Source: Azolla caroliniana
Lineage: Eukaryota > Plantae > Polypodiophyta
Length of the DNA stretch: 64,000 nt
Direction: 5' to 3'
Assembly: GCA_043228905.1 (NCBI GenBank)
Contig: JBHGNT010000006.1
Location: 18,476,001-18,540,000 of the forward strand
Shown here in pieces: positions 37,901-49,430 of this stretch. The notes beneath the pieces were generated by a model. It was not told the origin of the DNA. It made no database searches and worked only from the letters and a program-made list of their open reading frames with translations. The first letter of the stretch is position 1. Each line of letters begins with the position of its first letter. Both the position numbers and the translations under genes were made by a program.

Positions 37901-39144
37901 AAATGCTCGAATACGAAGTTGAGCACGCCACCGATGATGATTCAGATGTGTCAGGTCCCTCACTAGACAATGAGTTTGGTGTATCTATCATAGACATATG
38001 CTACGGAGAAAGTTAGGGATTGAACCCAAGACCTCATGGTGTCTATTGGGCAACCCTACCAATTGAGCTACATATGCATCATCAACTTCATGTAGTGTAG
38101 ATTGAACATTGGAAGTTCCTAGCTTGCATGCATCCTCATTTTTAGCTTGCACATATTCTCATGCATTCTCTATTGCATGCATCCTCATGCATACTCTATT
38201 TCTAGCTGGCTTAGATAGCCCTACCTTATTGTATAAATACTCAGATGCACCTTGATTCTAATCAAGGTGAACAACACCAGTTACAGATACTATTAGTTTA
38301 GTTCGTGTTCTTTTCCTCTCTGTTGTTTTCTAGTCTTGTCTTTGCTCTGCTCTATTATACTTGTCCGTGATAATACCCATCATGTGGACACCTAGAGTAA
38401 AGAAGGCGCTCACATTGGCGAGCGAAAAACTTCAACGCTCTTCTAGAGAGCAGAATCATGTCACTCGGCTCAGCTACAACGAGTATATGGCCCATCATTA
38501 TGCCTTCGCGAAGAAGGTAGCGGCTGAACAAGAGCCCAAGAACTCTATAGAAGTGGCTCGTGATCCACGATGGGTGAAAGCAGTCGACCCAAGCCTTCAT
38601 CACAAGCCTGAGGGGGAGGAAGAAAGCCGCACAGAAACTGACATCGAAAGCCAGACGACACCGAAAGCTAAACCGGATGTCAGACGCCTCTCACTTGATC
38701 TTGCAGGGGGGTGTTGAGAGATCAAGCTCAACTAGAGTTAGTTAGTTAGTCAACCATGTAACTTCGTAGTTACTTAGATAGAAGCTAGTTAGAAGTGTGG
38801 ACTATAACTCTTTAAATAGGACCTTGTACTTAAGTGGGATATTCTAGATCCTCCACTCCTAAGTACATTTAATATAGGTCTTATACCTTTGTACCTATGT
38901 TCTGCTCACACATGTGCACCCTTGCACATGAGATCTATTTATACATCATTGTAGGTATTTTTGTATTTGATGATGCTAATTTAATATAGAGTTAATCATC
39001 CCCCATCTTGTGTTGTTCACATATGTAACTTCCTCTCTCTCTTCCTCTCACACACATACACACACATATCACATAATCTTCCACTTAGCTTAATCACATA
39101 ATTAGTTACTAACTAACCTATATTTAATTACCTAATTCTTAACA
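34915..39144 (+). mobile_element. Internally deleted Ty1/copia element C (gag-PR-INT; no RT/RH)
   Basis: 433-bp LTRs 34915-35347 and 38712-39144; TSD GACTC at 34910-34914 and 39145-39149; degenerate Met PBS 35348-35359; PPT ~38706-38711. A ~230-bp duplication lies in gag (35428 and 35658). Confidence 0.92.
37999..38372 (+). repeat. Probable solo LTR inserted in element C
   Basis: Interrupts copia coding sequence. Degenerate terminal inverted repeat TGCTACGGA/TCCGTGATA, TATA-like tataaata ~38232 and a CT-rich 3' part. No clean TSD. Confidence 0.6.
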
Positions 39145-39881
39145 GACTCAACATGGTAAGGATTATATCTTGGTGGCAGTTGATTACATGACCAAGTGGG
39201 CAGAAGTAGTGGTAACTTCTTCAATGATATCTAGGGACGTGACTCAATTAATCTATTGTAATATTTGTACAAGATTTGGTGTACCATTAGGGGACGGTTA
39301 GAGATTGTATCTGATCATGGTCCAAGTTTTCGTGGTGAAGTATTGATTGACTTATTAGAGAAGTTAAAGATAAAGCATAGGTACTCTACCCGATACTATC
39401 GTAAAGCTAATGGAGCAGTAGAGAAGGTGAATGGTATTTTAGTTAAAAATCTCCAGAAACTTGTTAATGATAAAATGAGAACCGGGGATAACTTCCTTGA
39501 TGATGCTATTTGGGCATATTGTGTCTCCTTTAAGTTATCCATAGGTTTTACCCCATTCTTTTTAGTGTATGGACAAGAAGCTTTATTTCCTATTCAACTA
39601 CCTACAAGTGCGTGGCATGATGGTGAAAATGCTATGGAGGATCAGTTGGCACACAACCATGTCTTGCAATATTCAAGAGAAGAAGTTGTAGAGCACTACT
39701 TTCAACAAGTGTTGAGGAGGAAATAATATTATGACAAAATAGCAAGATTAAAAACATTTCTTAAAGGGTCACTAGTTCTTCGTTATGACAACCGTTTTGA
39801 CAACATCAAAGGTCAAAAAATCGTGAACCGATGCGAGGGACCCTGTAAAGAATCGGATATGATTATGTGCAACACAAGAGA

Positions 39882-39902
39882 TGTGTGTGTGTGTGTGTGG
39901 TC

Positions 39903-39977
<75 letters not shown>
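39882..39977. repeat. (TG)n and (AG)n microsatellites
   Basis: TG run 39882-39899; AG run 39907-39977. Confidence 0.98.
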
Positions 39978-39979
<2 letters not shown>

Positions 39980-40019
39980 ACAATATATATAGAAAACAAT
40001 TGAAAACTGTATTCACAAG

Positions 40020-43000
40020 TGTTGAACACAGTGCTCGGCCACCACCGAGGAATAGGATCAACTTACAGAAAACAGGAAATACAAAATGCACGAAGACAGT
40101 AGAGAGAAGAGTACACAGGATGTTTTACGTGGAAAACCCTAAGTGGGAAAAAACCACGGGAGTCCTCAAACTCCAACTATCCCTATAGACAGAGATGTAC
40201 AATGGTGAAGCTACAAGGCAACAACCCTGAGCTCACTGTCTTCGCCACAGGCGGCGGTAATACACAGAGGCAACGACCTCTTCGTCTCTCTCTCTCTCTC
40301 TCTCTCTCTCGGCTGCTCTCTTCACTCTTGCACACGCATAAGAGTGGCAATACTCGCTAGGCAACAACATACAGCAACAACAAACTGTTTGCCCTAAGTC
40401 ATATTTATACACATATGACTTTCGGGCTATTTACAAATATAGCCTCAAGGGCCCTTGGCAAACACATTCACAGATATGTCCCCGCATCCGGATCTCTCTC
40501 TCCGGGTACATTCGTCATCCGGCTCCGTAGCCGGGGTCTTCGTCATCCGGCTCCGTAGCCGGGGTCTTCATCATCCGGCTCCGGATACCGGGTACTCTTC
40601 ATTCGGGTCTTCATTCCCGATTCCCGGACATCCGACCATCCCATCCGGAGGGACCGTAATCCCAACAAACTCCCCCTTCACTTCGGCATGGGATGTCTTT
40701 CCAGTCCGACCCTCTTCCGGCACGCTTCCAGCTTGTCGGGTGTGAGCACTTTGGTCAGCATATTTGACCCGTTCTCGTCCGTGTGGATCTTCGTCAGCAC
40801 GAACTCCTGGTCTTCTATCCTTTCCCGGATCCAGTGATATCTTCGCTGGATGTGCTTCGTCCGGGAGTGATAGGCCGCGTTCTTCGCAAGGTGGATGGCA
40901 CTCTGACTGTCGCAGTAGAGTCGGTACTCCTCCTCCCGGATACCGAGCTCTTTAATGAAGTCCTTCATCCATATTATTTCCTTGCCGGCTTCAACAGCCG
41001 CCATGTACTCCGCCTCCGTGGTTGACAACGCAACCGTCTTCTGCAGCCTCGACTGCCACGAAACCGCTCCCCCTGCATACGTCATCACATACCCTGATGT
41101 GGACCGGCTGGTATCTGCATCAGCCGACATATCCGAATCGGTAAAGCCGTCGAGTTCGGGCTTACCGGAGCCGAATCGGAGGCACACGTTTGCCGTGCCC
41201 TTCAGGTATCGGAGTATCCACTTGACCGCGTTCCAGTGCTCTTTGCCGGGATTGCTAATGTACCGGCTCACCACTCCGACTGCATATCCTATGTCCGGTC
41301 TTGTACACACCATTGCGTACATCAAGCTTCCGACGGCAGAGGAATATGGTACTTTCATCATGTCCTCCTTCTCAGCCTTTGTCTTGGGGCTTTGCTTGCT
41401 TGACAACTTGCAGTTTGCCGGGAGGGTTGACCCGACCGGTCTTGCTTCCGACATGTTGAACCGGTGAAGCACCTTTGTCACGTACTTCTCCTGTGACAGC
41501 CACAACTGCTTCTTCTTCCGGTCCCGGATGATGTGCATCCCTAACATTTTCCTCGCCGCACCCAAGTCCTTCATTGAGAAGGTTCGGTGAAGAGCCTTCT
41601 TCAGCATCCGTATCTTGGCCTGGTCCCGTCCGACGATCAACATGTCGTCCACGTACAGGAGGAGTATTAGAAAGTCTCCTCCTTCGAACTTCTTCACAAA
41701 CACGCAGTGATCGGACTGCGTTTTGTGGTACCCTTCGTCGATCATGAAAGAGTCGAACTTCCGGTACCATTGCCGGGGAGCCTGCTTCAGTCCGTAAAGG
41801 CTCTTCTTCAACCGGCATACCAGGTGCTCCTTCCCTTTCTTCTCGAATCCTTCCGGTTGCTGCATGTAGATCTCTTCTTCGAGGTCACCGTGAAGGAATG
41901 CCGTCTTCACGTCCATCTGTTCTACCTCGAGGTCCATGCTTGCCGCTATGCTCAGCACCGTCCGGATGGAGGTCATCTTCACTACCGGGGCAAATATTTC
42001 GTCGAAGTCGACGCCCTTCTTCTGCTGGAACCCCTTCACCACGATCCTGGCTTTGTATCTTGGGGGGTTGCCGGCATCTCCCGGTTTCAGCTTGAACACC
42101 CACTTGTTTCGAAGTGCCCGTTTTCCTTTTGGCAACTCCACAAGTTCATATGTGTGGTTCTCATGCAGGGAATCCATCTCATCCTGCATGGCACTCAACC
42201 ACTTGCGGCTCTGGGTGTCATGCTTTGCTTCTTCAAAACTCTCCGGCTCACCCTCGTCAGTTAGCAGCACGTGCTCTGGTTCCGGAAATCTCCGGGGGGC
42301 CCTTCTCTCTCTTAGAGGATATCTCCGTTCCGGAGCTTCGGTAACCGGCTCCTCCGTTTCCTCTTCATCCGAATCCATTTCGGGATCGGGGCCGGTTCCG
42401 GTATCAGTTTCATCTTCCTCGGCTGGTTCTGTTTCTTCACCGTCTTCGGCCGGATCCTCGAGTGCTAACCGGTCCCTTGCCGGTCGGGACTGCTCCTCGT
42501 AGAGTTGATTCTCACCGGTCGACTTGGAGCTCTTCATCTTCTTCTCCGACTCCCAGTCGGCGAGTGTCTTGTCCTCCATGAAGATGATATCACGACTCCG
42601 GAATGTCTTTTTGTCGATCGGGTCCCATACTCGGTAGCCGAACTCGTCATCGCCGTAACCGAGGAATATGCATGGCCGGGTCTTTGGATCTAGCTTTCCT
42701 CTCCGGTCCTTTGCCACATGCACATATGCGAGACACCCGAACACCTTCAGATGCCGGTAGGATACTTCCCTACCGGTCCACACTCTCTGCGGCGTGTCTC
42801 CGTCCAAAGGTACTGAGGGTGATCTGTTTATCACGTATGTCGCTGTCGACATTGCCTCAGCCCAAAACCCCTTGGGTAATTTCGCATGTGCCAGCATACT
42901 CCGGACCCTCTCCATTATGGTCCGGTTCATCCTCTCGGCCAGCCCGTTCAGTTCCGGCGTCTTCGGCACAGTAAACTCGAGCCGGATTCCCTTCAAGCGA

Positions 43001-45458
43001 CAGTACTCCGCGAACTGCCCCCGGTATTCCCCTCCGTTATCCGCTCGTATCGCTTTCAGCTTCTTGCCGGATTCCCTTTCCACTCTCGCGTGGAGTTCTT
43101 TGAAGATGCACAACACTTGGTCCTTTGTCTTCAACGGTGCCGTCCACAGCTTCCGGCTGTGATCATCAATGAATGTCACGAAGTACTGGGCTCCGCCATG
43201 TGACTTCGTTTCTACTTGACACACGTCAGTGTGCACCAACTCCAATGGTGCGCTACGTCTCGTCGGTGGCCTTGAGTGGAAGGAGGTTCGGTTCTGCTTA
43301 CCGGCCAGGCAATCGGTGCACTTCTCCAGGTGCACATGCTTCACTGGAATAAGGTTGTCTTTTGCAAGCCTCTTCATCCCCTTCTCGCTCATGTGGCACA
43401 GTCTCTTGTGCCATAGCTCACCGGCAGTGTCAGCTGCCACGTTCAGCTCCTCCGGACATAGCCGGGAATTCATCAGGTACAGTGTGTTGACCTTCCGGGG
43501 CCGAGCCACTATCAGGCTCCCTCTGCTGAACTTCATGACACGGTTCCGGATGCTACCCGTGTAGCCTTCATCGTCTAGCCTCCCGGCCGAAATCAGGTTC
43601 AATCGAACCTCCGGAACGTGTCGGACATCCTTCAGCAGCATCTTGCATCCGGTTGATGTCATCAGCCACACGTCTCCTATGCCGGCAATCCGGCATGTAC
43701 CTTCATTTCCCATCCGGACACAGCCGTGCTCACCGGCTGTGTAGGATGAGAAGTATTTCTTCTCCGGGGTCAGGTGGAACGACGCTCCGGAATCGACCAC
43801 CCAGGTCATCTCTTCACCGGCAAGGTTCAACTCCCTCTCTTCGGTAATGAGCATTATCTCTTCTTCACTTGCCGCGAGTGCCGTCGTTCCTTTCCGGTCC
43901 TGCCCTCGCCGATCCGGACCTCTCCGGTCCGTGGCTCCCCGGTATACACCGTTTCGCTCCGGTGACTTCTTCGAATCGGTACCGTCGATTCCGTTGTCTT
44001 TCCGGTAATGCCGACAATTCTTTCGGAAGTGCCCCGGCTTCCCACAGTGGAAGCATGTGGGCCTTCCTCTTGACTGCGACCGGGTCCCCGACTTCTCCCG
44101 TCTTTGTGGACTCCGGTTCCGTTGTCTTCCCCGATCCGATTCGGCAAGCAGCATCTTCGGATCGGAGGCCGGTTCTTTATCTCTCCGACGCGCTTCTTCG
44201 TTCAAAATGCTTGTCTTTACCGTTTGTAGGGACAAGTTATCTTCGGTGCAGGAGGTGCTGAGAGTCACCACCAAGTTCTCCCAGCTTTCCGGCAATGTAC
44301 ACATCAGGATGATGGCTTGCATTGCATCCTCCAACGGGAACTTGATCGCCACAAGCTGGTTCACGAATCCCATTAACGTGCTTACGTGTTCCACCATACT
44401 CTCGCCGTCCCGGTACTTGAGGGTCACTATCTTCCTCATCAGGGAGGTCCGGTTCAACGCATTCTTCCTCTCGTAGAGGCCCGACAGCTTCCGCCACATC
44501 TCATATGCGTTGGTGTCGTTTGCCACGTGTTGTAGAACGCTCATGTCGACGTATTGCCGAATGGTTGCAACGGCTTTCCGGTTCAGAAGCCTCCATTCCG
44601 TCTCAAGTACCCCCTTGGGTATTTCCGACCTGTCGATCGGTTCATACAGGTCCCGAACAATGAGCAGATCCTCCATCTTTATCTTCCAGTCGGCGTAGTT
44701 CTGCGCATTCAGCACCATCATCCCCGGCTGCCCGCTGCTGCCGCCTTCCATTTTCTGTGTTACCGTCGCTCTGATACCACTTTGTTGAACACAGTGCTCG
44801 GCCACCACCGAGGAATAGGATCAACTTACAGAAAACAGGAAATACAAAATGCACGAAGACAGTAGAGAGAAGAGTACACAGGATGTTTTACGTGGAAAAC
44901 CCTAAGTGGGAAAAAACCACGGGAGTCCTCAAACTCCAACTATCCCTATAGACAGAGATGTACAATGGTGAAGCTACAAGGCAACAACCCTGAGCTCACT
45001 GTCTTCGCCACAGGCGGCGGTAATACACAGAGGCAACGACCTCTTCGTCTCTCTCTCTCTCTCTCTCTCTCTCGGCTGCTCTCTTCACTCTTGCACACGC
45101 ATAAGAGTGGCAATACTCGCTAGGCAACAACATACAGCAACAACAAACTGTTTGCCCTAAGTCATATTTATACACATATGACTTTCGGGCTATTTACAAA
45201 TATAGCCTCAAGGGCCCTTGGCAAACACATTCACAGATATGTCCCCGCATCCAGATCTCTCTCTCCGGGTACATTCGTCATCCGGCTCCGTAGCCGGGGT
45301 CTTCGTCATCCGGCTCCGTAGCCGGGGTCTTCGTCATCCGGCTCCGTAGCCGGGGTCTTCATCATCCGGCTCCGGATACCGGGTACTCTTCATTCGGGTC
45401 TTCATTCCCGATTCCCGGACATCCGACCATCCCATCCGGAGGGACCGTAATCCCAACA
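40020..45458 (-). mobile_element. Young full-length Ty1/copia element E (Tnt1/Tto1-like)
   Basis: LTRs 40020-40667 (648 bp) and 44783-45458 (676 bp), differing by one substitution that I could see and one 28-bp repeat unit. TSD ACAAG at 40015-40019 and 45459-45463; PBS TGGTATCAGAGC 44768-44779; PPT 40668-40678. Confidence 0.98.
40678..44751 (-). CDS. Uninterrupted copia gag-pol polyprotein (~1357 aa from MEGGSS)
   Basis: CFHCGKPGHFRKNC; WVVDSGASFH; WHKRLCH..CTDC; HTDVC, RADNGGEY, NGLAERMN; QMDVKTAFL, LYVDDML; FTDSD, TEAEY, YCDSQ, RTKHIQ. Confidence 0.97.
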   Translation of the reverse strand: MEGGSSGQPGMMVLNAQNYADWKIKMEDLLIVRDLYEPIDRSEIPKGVLETEWRLLNRKAVATIRQYVDMSVLQHVANDTNAYEMWRKLSGLYERKNALNRTSLMRKIVTLKYRDGESMVEHVSTLMGFVNQLVAIKFPLEDAMQAIILMCTLPESWENLVVTLSTSCTEDNLSLQTVKTSILNEEARRRDKEPASDPKMLLAESDRGRQRNRSPQRREKSGTRSQSRGRPTCFHCGKPGHFRKNCRHYRKDNGIDGTDSKKSPERNGVYRGATDRRGPDRRGQDRKGTTALAASEEEIMLITEERELNLAGEEMTWVVDSGASFHLTPEKKYFSSYTAGEHGCVRMGNEGTCRIAGIGDVWLMTSTGCKMLLKDVRHVPEVRLNLISAGRLDDEGYTGSIRNRVMKFSRGSLIVARPRKVNTLYLMNSRLCPEELNVAADTAGELWHKRLCHMSEKGMKRLAKDNLIPVKHVHLEKCTDCLAGKQNRTSFHSRPPTRRSAPLELVHTDVCQVETKSHGGAQYFVTFIDDHSRKLWTAPLKTKDQVLCIFKELHARVERESGKKLKAIRADNGGEYRGQFAEYCRLKGIRLEFTVPKTPELNGLAERMNRTIMERVRSMLAHAKLPKGFWAEAMSTATYVINRSPSVPLDGDTPQRVWTGREVSYRHLKVFGCLAYVHVAKDRRGKLDPKTRPCIFLGYGDDEFGYRVWDPIDKKTFRSRDIIFMEDKTLADWESEKKMKSSKSTGENQLYEEQSRPARDRLALEDPAEDGEETEPAEEDETDTGTGPDPEMDSDEEETEEPVTEAPERRYPLRERRAPRRFPEPEHVLLTDEGEPESFEEAKHDTQSRKWLSAMQDEMDSLHENHTYELVELPKGKRALRNKWVFKLKPGDAGNPPRYKARIVVKGFQQKKGVDFDEIFAPVVKMTSIRTVLSIAASMDLEVEQMDVKTAFLHGDLEEEIYMQQPEGFEKKGKEHLVCRLKKSLYGLKQAPRQWYRKFDSFMIDEGYHKTQSDHCVFVKKFEGGDFLILLLYVDDMLIVGRDQAKIRMLKKALHRTFSMKDLGAARKMLGMHIIRDRKKKQLWLSQEKYVTKVLHRFNMSEARPVGSTLPANCKLSSKQSPKTKAEKEDMMKVPYSSAVGSLMYAMVCTRPDIGYAVGVVSRYISNPGKEHWNAVKWILRYLKGTANVCLRFGSGKPELDGFTDSDMSADADTSRSTSGYVMTYAGGAVSWQSRLQKTVALSTTEAEYMAAVEAGKEIIWMKDFIKELGIREEEYRLYCDSQSAIHLAKNAAYHSRTKHIQRRYHWIRERIEDQEFVLTKIHTDENGSNMLTKVLTPDKLEACRKRVGLERHPMPK

Positions 45459-46557
45459 ACAAGAACAAGAATGAACCAACGGTTACAAATAGGGATAGAA
45501 AGGTGCTTATATTGTCACCTTCTCTCTATATAACCACCACTTACTAAAGAGAGGTGGAGACTTAACTACATTGAATATGTGTCATAGAGCTTTAAGGTTC
45601 TATGACACACTAGTTACTATATTAGGAAGTGGGATGTTCACACTTGAGCATACTAGGGTGTGTTCCCACACTAGGGATGTTGATTGTCTATCGAAAGTTC
45701 ACATCGAAAGTGTGACCATCGACTGCTTCTTATTGCTCCATGATATGACTCTACTGCCGAGGGTGAAGCCGAATCATGATGTTGATTGTCTATCGGCTTT
45801 GTAGCCTATCCAATTGGCATAGGGGTAGCCTTCGAGTCGAATAAGCGGTGTGGTTGATTTGTAAAGGATGCAAAATCCTGTGGTTGATCTGTAAAGGATG
45901 CAAAATCCATCGTCCCACCTACATAGCGCAAAACTTGCGTAACACAGTCAGGATGGATGTTGCATGGTGTCTGCATAATATGGCTGAGGAGGCCGATTGG
46001 ATAGTTGAGGACGGGCCGAGTAATGGTGAGATAGATAAGGCTTTCGACTAGCCGACGATAGAAAGTCGATTCGCACTCTTTTGTTATTCCTTAGGTCCGG
46101 ACGATGGCCTAACACAGGGTGTCTACGGAAGACACTTCACCAAAGGGGTGTTTCGGCGAGATAACTTAAGACTCAACGATTAATCAGACTTTAATTGGTT
46201 ACTTAGCAATATGGCATTAGACTTGATACACGTGTAGGATAGAGCAATTAGCACAGAACGGTAATCAACACTTAAAGATAAAACAAGAAGCTCTATTAAT
46301 TATCCGTCAAAGTTTTGCATTGTAATCGGTGCCGAGTACAAAATGGTGCCAACCGGCACCTATTCGGAACTGGTCTGGATCCGGATCGGCATACCGATTC
46401 TGGTCTGTCCGTTCACGTCTCATAAACTACTTAATTATAATAGATTCTGAATATATAATCCCTTTCACATTCTGGTTTTTAACTCTTTTGCCGGTCGGGT
46501 AACACATGGCATGCCCGTGGGATAGTACCTTGTACGTCGAATCCCACTATTCGGCCC

Positions 46558-49430
46558 TTAGCCTTCGTCCAAGATATCCAGAATACTCTGCTCCAGGGTG
46601 TCCAATGGTTCTTCGGGAATCTGTTGTTGCTACTATTGTGGCTACTATTGTTGCTTTGGCTGTTGTTGTTGTGGTTGTGGCTGTTGTTGCTGCGGCTCCG
46701 GCTCCTCCGATTGTTGCTCCTTGGATGGCGTCTGTTCGGCTCCCAGTACCGGCGGTTGTGGCGGTGATTCCTCCGTCAGCTGCTTTGCCGGATTTGACTC
46801 CGGTTGACTTGCCCCAGCCTTGTCCCCATTGGGTCCTTGCCCCGGTGATGGCTCCTCATCGCTAAGGTTGATGGTCGCCGCCTGCCTTGCTTCTTCTTGC
46901 CGTAGCCTAGTCCGCTCATAGCTTTGAAACTGGATTTGAGCATCCAGTCGATCATCGTCCAGCTGTGCTACCAGTTGCCGAACCACTGTGAGTGTTCCTC
47001 CACCAGAGTTACAAAGTCTTCTGCTAACTCATCTCTTATGGCGGTGAAGTCCTCCTTTGTTAGCATGTAGCAGTCGTCGGCATCCTTCTACCGGTTTTCC
47101 GCGTCTGCCCTTAGCAACTAGAGCTTGGCTGTGTGCTTTGCCCATTTGTCCCACCATTGCACGGAGCTTTTGTCAATCAAGCGTTTTGTCTTGTTCCTCC
47201 ATGCCTGGACAATGAACTGGATCCGCTCAAGTCCCATCTTCGATTTGTCCTCCGCGGCTTGCCGTTCTTCCTTCAATTGCTTGATCAGCTTCACCGTGTC
47301 CGCCTCCTGCTCCCGGTAACGTGACAATTGGTTTTGGTAGGTGTTTTGAAACCTCTGCAATACCATTGTCGCTCTTTCCTTTTCTTCATAATGCTGCTTA
47401 TGGAGCTCCAAACGTTCCTGCGTGGCTTCCTCCAATAGCGTTGTTCTTTCAACCCGTTCTTTAGCTAGCGTTGTCTCGGCTCGATGAACTTCCTGCCAGA
47501 GCTCTGCCATCTTCTCTTGTTGCTTCTTATGCTCCGTATCCAGGTGCTTATAGTCCCGGTGTAGGTGCTCAAAATCATCGGTCTTCTACTTCAGCTTCTA
47601 GTTGAGTTGCCGGCGAGCGCGGTCTTCCCGATCTTTCTGTTGACAGAGTTCTTCTTTAAGTCTTTCAATCTTCCTTTCCGCTATCCATCGCAGCTTATCC
47701 TTTTATTGCAGCACTTTCTCTTTCTCCTCCTTAAGTCAGTCATATGCATGATGTCCTTTCCGCAGATTCTCTTCTGCCCGGCGGAGGTTCTCAACAATCT
47801 TTCTTTGTTCTTCTTCTGCCGCTTTCTTCAAGTCCCTTTCTCAGGTGCGTAATGCTTCTTGTGCGGCCAATTCATCTTTCAATTCGGCAAGCTCTTTCGC
47901 TTGCGCTGCCACTGTCTCCAGGACTGGTTCCGTCTCCAGGGTCTTACTACTGTGTATAGGTGCTGGTGTGTCTTTATTCTGTACATCTACCGAAGTCACC
48001 AATGCTTGGATCTGTGGTCCGGTTAAGGCCATTTTGGCCAATTCCTCTATGGCCAGGTCCAAGTCTTGTTCTAGGCTCCAGATTCTCGACCGGGCCGTCT
48101 CTAGTTCTCCGGTTGTGACTAGCAACCGGTCCATCTGCGCTTTCTCTTCCGCCTCTATGTAGTGCACCACTCCGGCAATCTGTTCTCCAATCCACCGGAG
48201 CCAATGGCTACCGGTGCCCTATTGTTGCGTCTGCACGGAGAGTTGGCTGTTGGTTCTGCTAGCCAATGGTCAGTCTTGTCTGGTTGCGTCGAGCTGCAAC
48301 TCTGTCTCTAGTTGGTGACCACTTTGCCGTTTTGGTTCCGGTTGCGCCTCCGTTGGCCGCTCCGCCTCTGATTGCTCTTGACCTGTCGGTGAGGGAGGCA
48401 ACTGTACTATTGGCGCTTGAATTTCGGGTCTTGCCGTATCCTAACCCTCCGATATAGCTTGTTGTGTAGGGAGCTCTGTGACCGGTTCTGTCCGAACCGG
48501 TTCCGGTTCCACCCTTGGTGCGGGATGCTCAGTGCGGGGTAGAGGCGTTCCATCCTTCTTTGGGTCCGAACGCTCCCGGCTTGTTCTGCCGTGCTTGCCT
48601 TTTGGCGCCGCTGGAGGTGTTCTAATGGTTCCTCCTCCACTTCCTCCTCCTGAGTCCCGATGTTGATTTTTGCTACCACGGGGTCCGTCTCTTGTTGAAC
48701 CGGTTGGTGAAATATGATCTTGACTGGCCGTGCCGGTGTCTCCTCCAGCGCTCTTTTGCCGCTTCCTATTGGCGCGCTCTTTTGCCGCCTTGTCCGTGTC
48801 GACCGCCTTCCCTTTGGGTGCCTTAGAGATCAACAGCTGCTGCCGTTTCGAAGCCATTTTCGGGGTGCCTTCGGTTGTTCTCCCCCGCTTCGTGGTCTTG
48901 ACGGGCTCAATAGGTGGCGCCAATAGGGTGAGCCATTGCGCCACTGCAGTCCATATTTTCCGACCCTCCTTGCCTCTTACAGAGTCGATGGCTGCATAGA
49001 GGCTGTCCGCAATCAGTACTAGCTAGTTCACCTTCATGCCTTCATATGTTGCTATGACTAAGTCGGCTTGGTTCTGAGGCATGCACGGGGGTCGAGGGTA
49101 TACATGTCCAAATTCATGGAGCACACGGGCAATCTCTCGAAATAATGTATCTTCGCCGCCCTGTGTCCTGTAGGCCTTGCTTGGCAGAGAGTATTCGCCA
49201 AAATATTTTCGGAGCTGCTCTGGGGTATGGTTGTCGATAGTGAAGATGCCCCCCTCCGGAAGGCCAATCAAAGCATGGATGGACTCCTCCGTGATCAGTT
49301 TTGTGTCGTTTACTTTACTATCTTCTCCGCCTCCCGGTGTGGTGGCGCCTCCATGATCGTGAGGAAACCTTCTAACCCGTGTTGCCTTAGCCACTTCTTG
49401 GCTACTTCAGAGAGTGCTTAGCAGTCCATG
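46558..49430 (-). pseudogene. Extra ORF downstream of integrase (plant-transposon-like N-terminal domain, long coiled coil, Q/P/E-rich tail)
   Basis: Collinear same-strand ORF fragments 49023-49394, 48441-48944, 47841-48170, 47118-47510 and 46645-46986; E/K/Q/L-rich heptad-like sequence. Confidence 0.7.

Larger units (their letters stand above)
28270..39843 (+). mobile_element. Old non-chromovirus Ty3/gypsy host (PR-RT-RH-aRH-INT), interrupted by two insertions
   Basis: RT (MPFGLTN, VFIDDF) 29000-29980; RH split at 30089-33773; additional RNase H ~34040-34420; integrase zinc finger and WGIDVVGP split at 34915-39144; core SDHG..ANGAVE; ends at CEGP (GPY/F-like) 39843. Confidence 0.88.

Noticed and set aside
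38010-38075. Functional tRNA genes at the tRNA-like modules
   Set aside because: No acceptor stem or valid anticodon arm; reported only as promoter-like modules.
39772-40188. RE-repeat and SL-repeat ORFs
   Set aside because: Translations of the (AG)n microsatellite and LTR sequence.
40511-40580. CRISPR-like array from the 28-bp palindromic repeats
   Set aside because: Head-to-tail repeats with no spacers, inside a eukaryotic LTR; no cas genes.
45850-45925. Inner boundary and PPT of the large gypsy 3' LTR
   Set aside because: A 30-bp tandem duplication and a candidate ...CCTACA end are present, but there is no convincing PPT and the partner LTR is outside the window.
46558-49430. Calling the extra ORF an env gene
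   Set aside because: No signal peptide, transmembrane helix or cleavage motif is visible on the coding strand.
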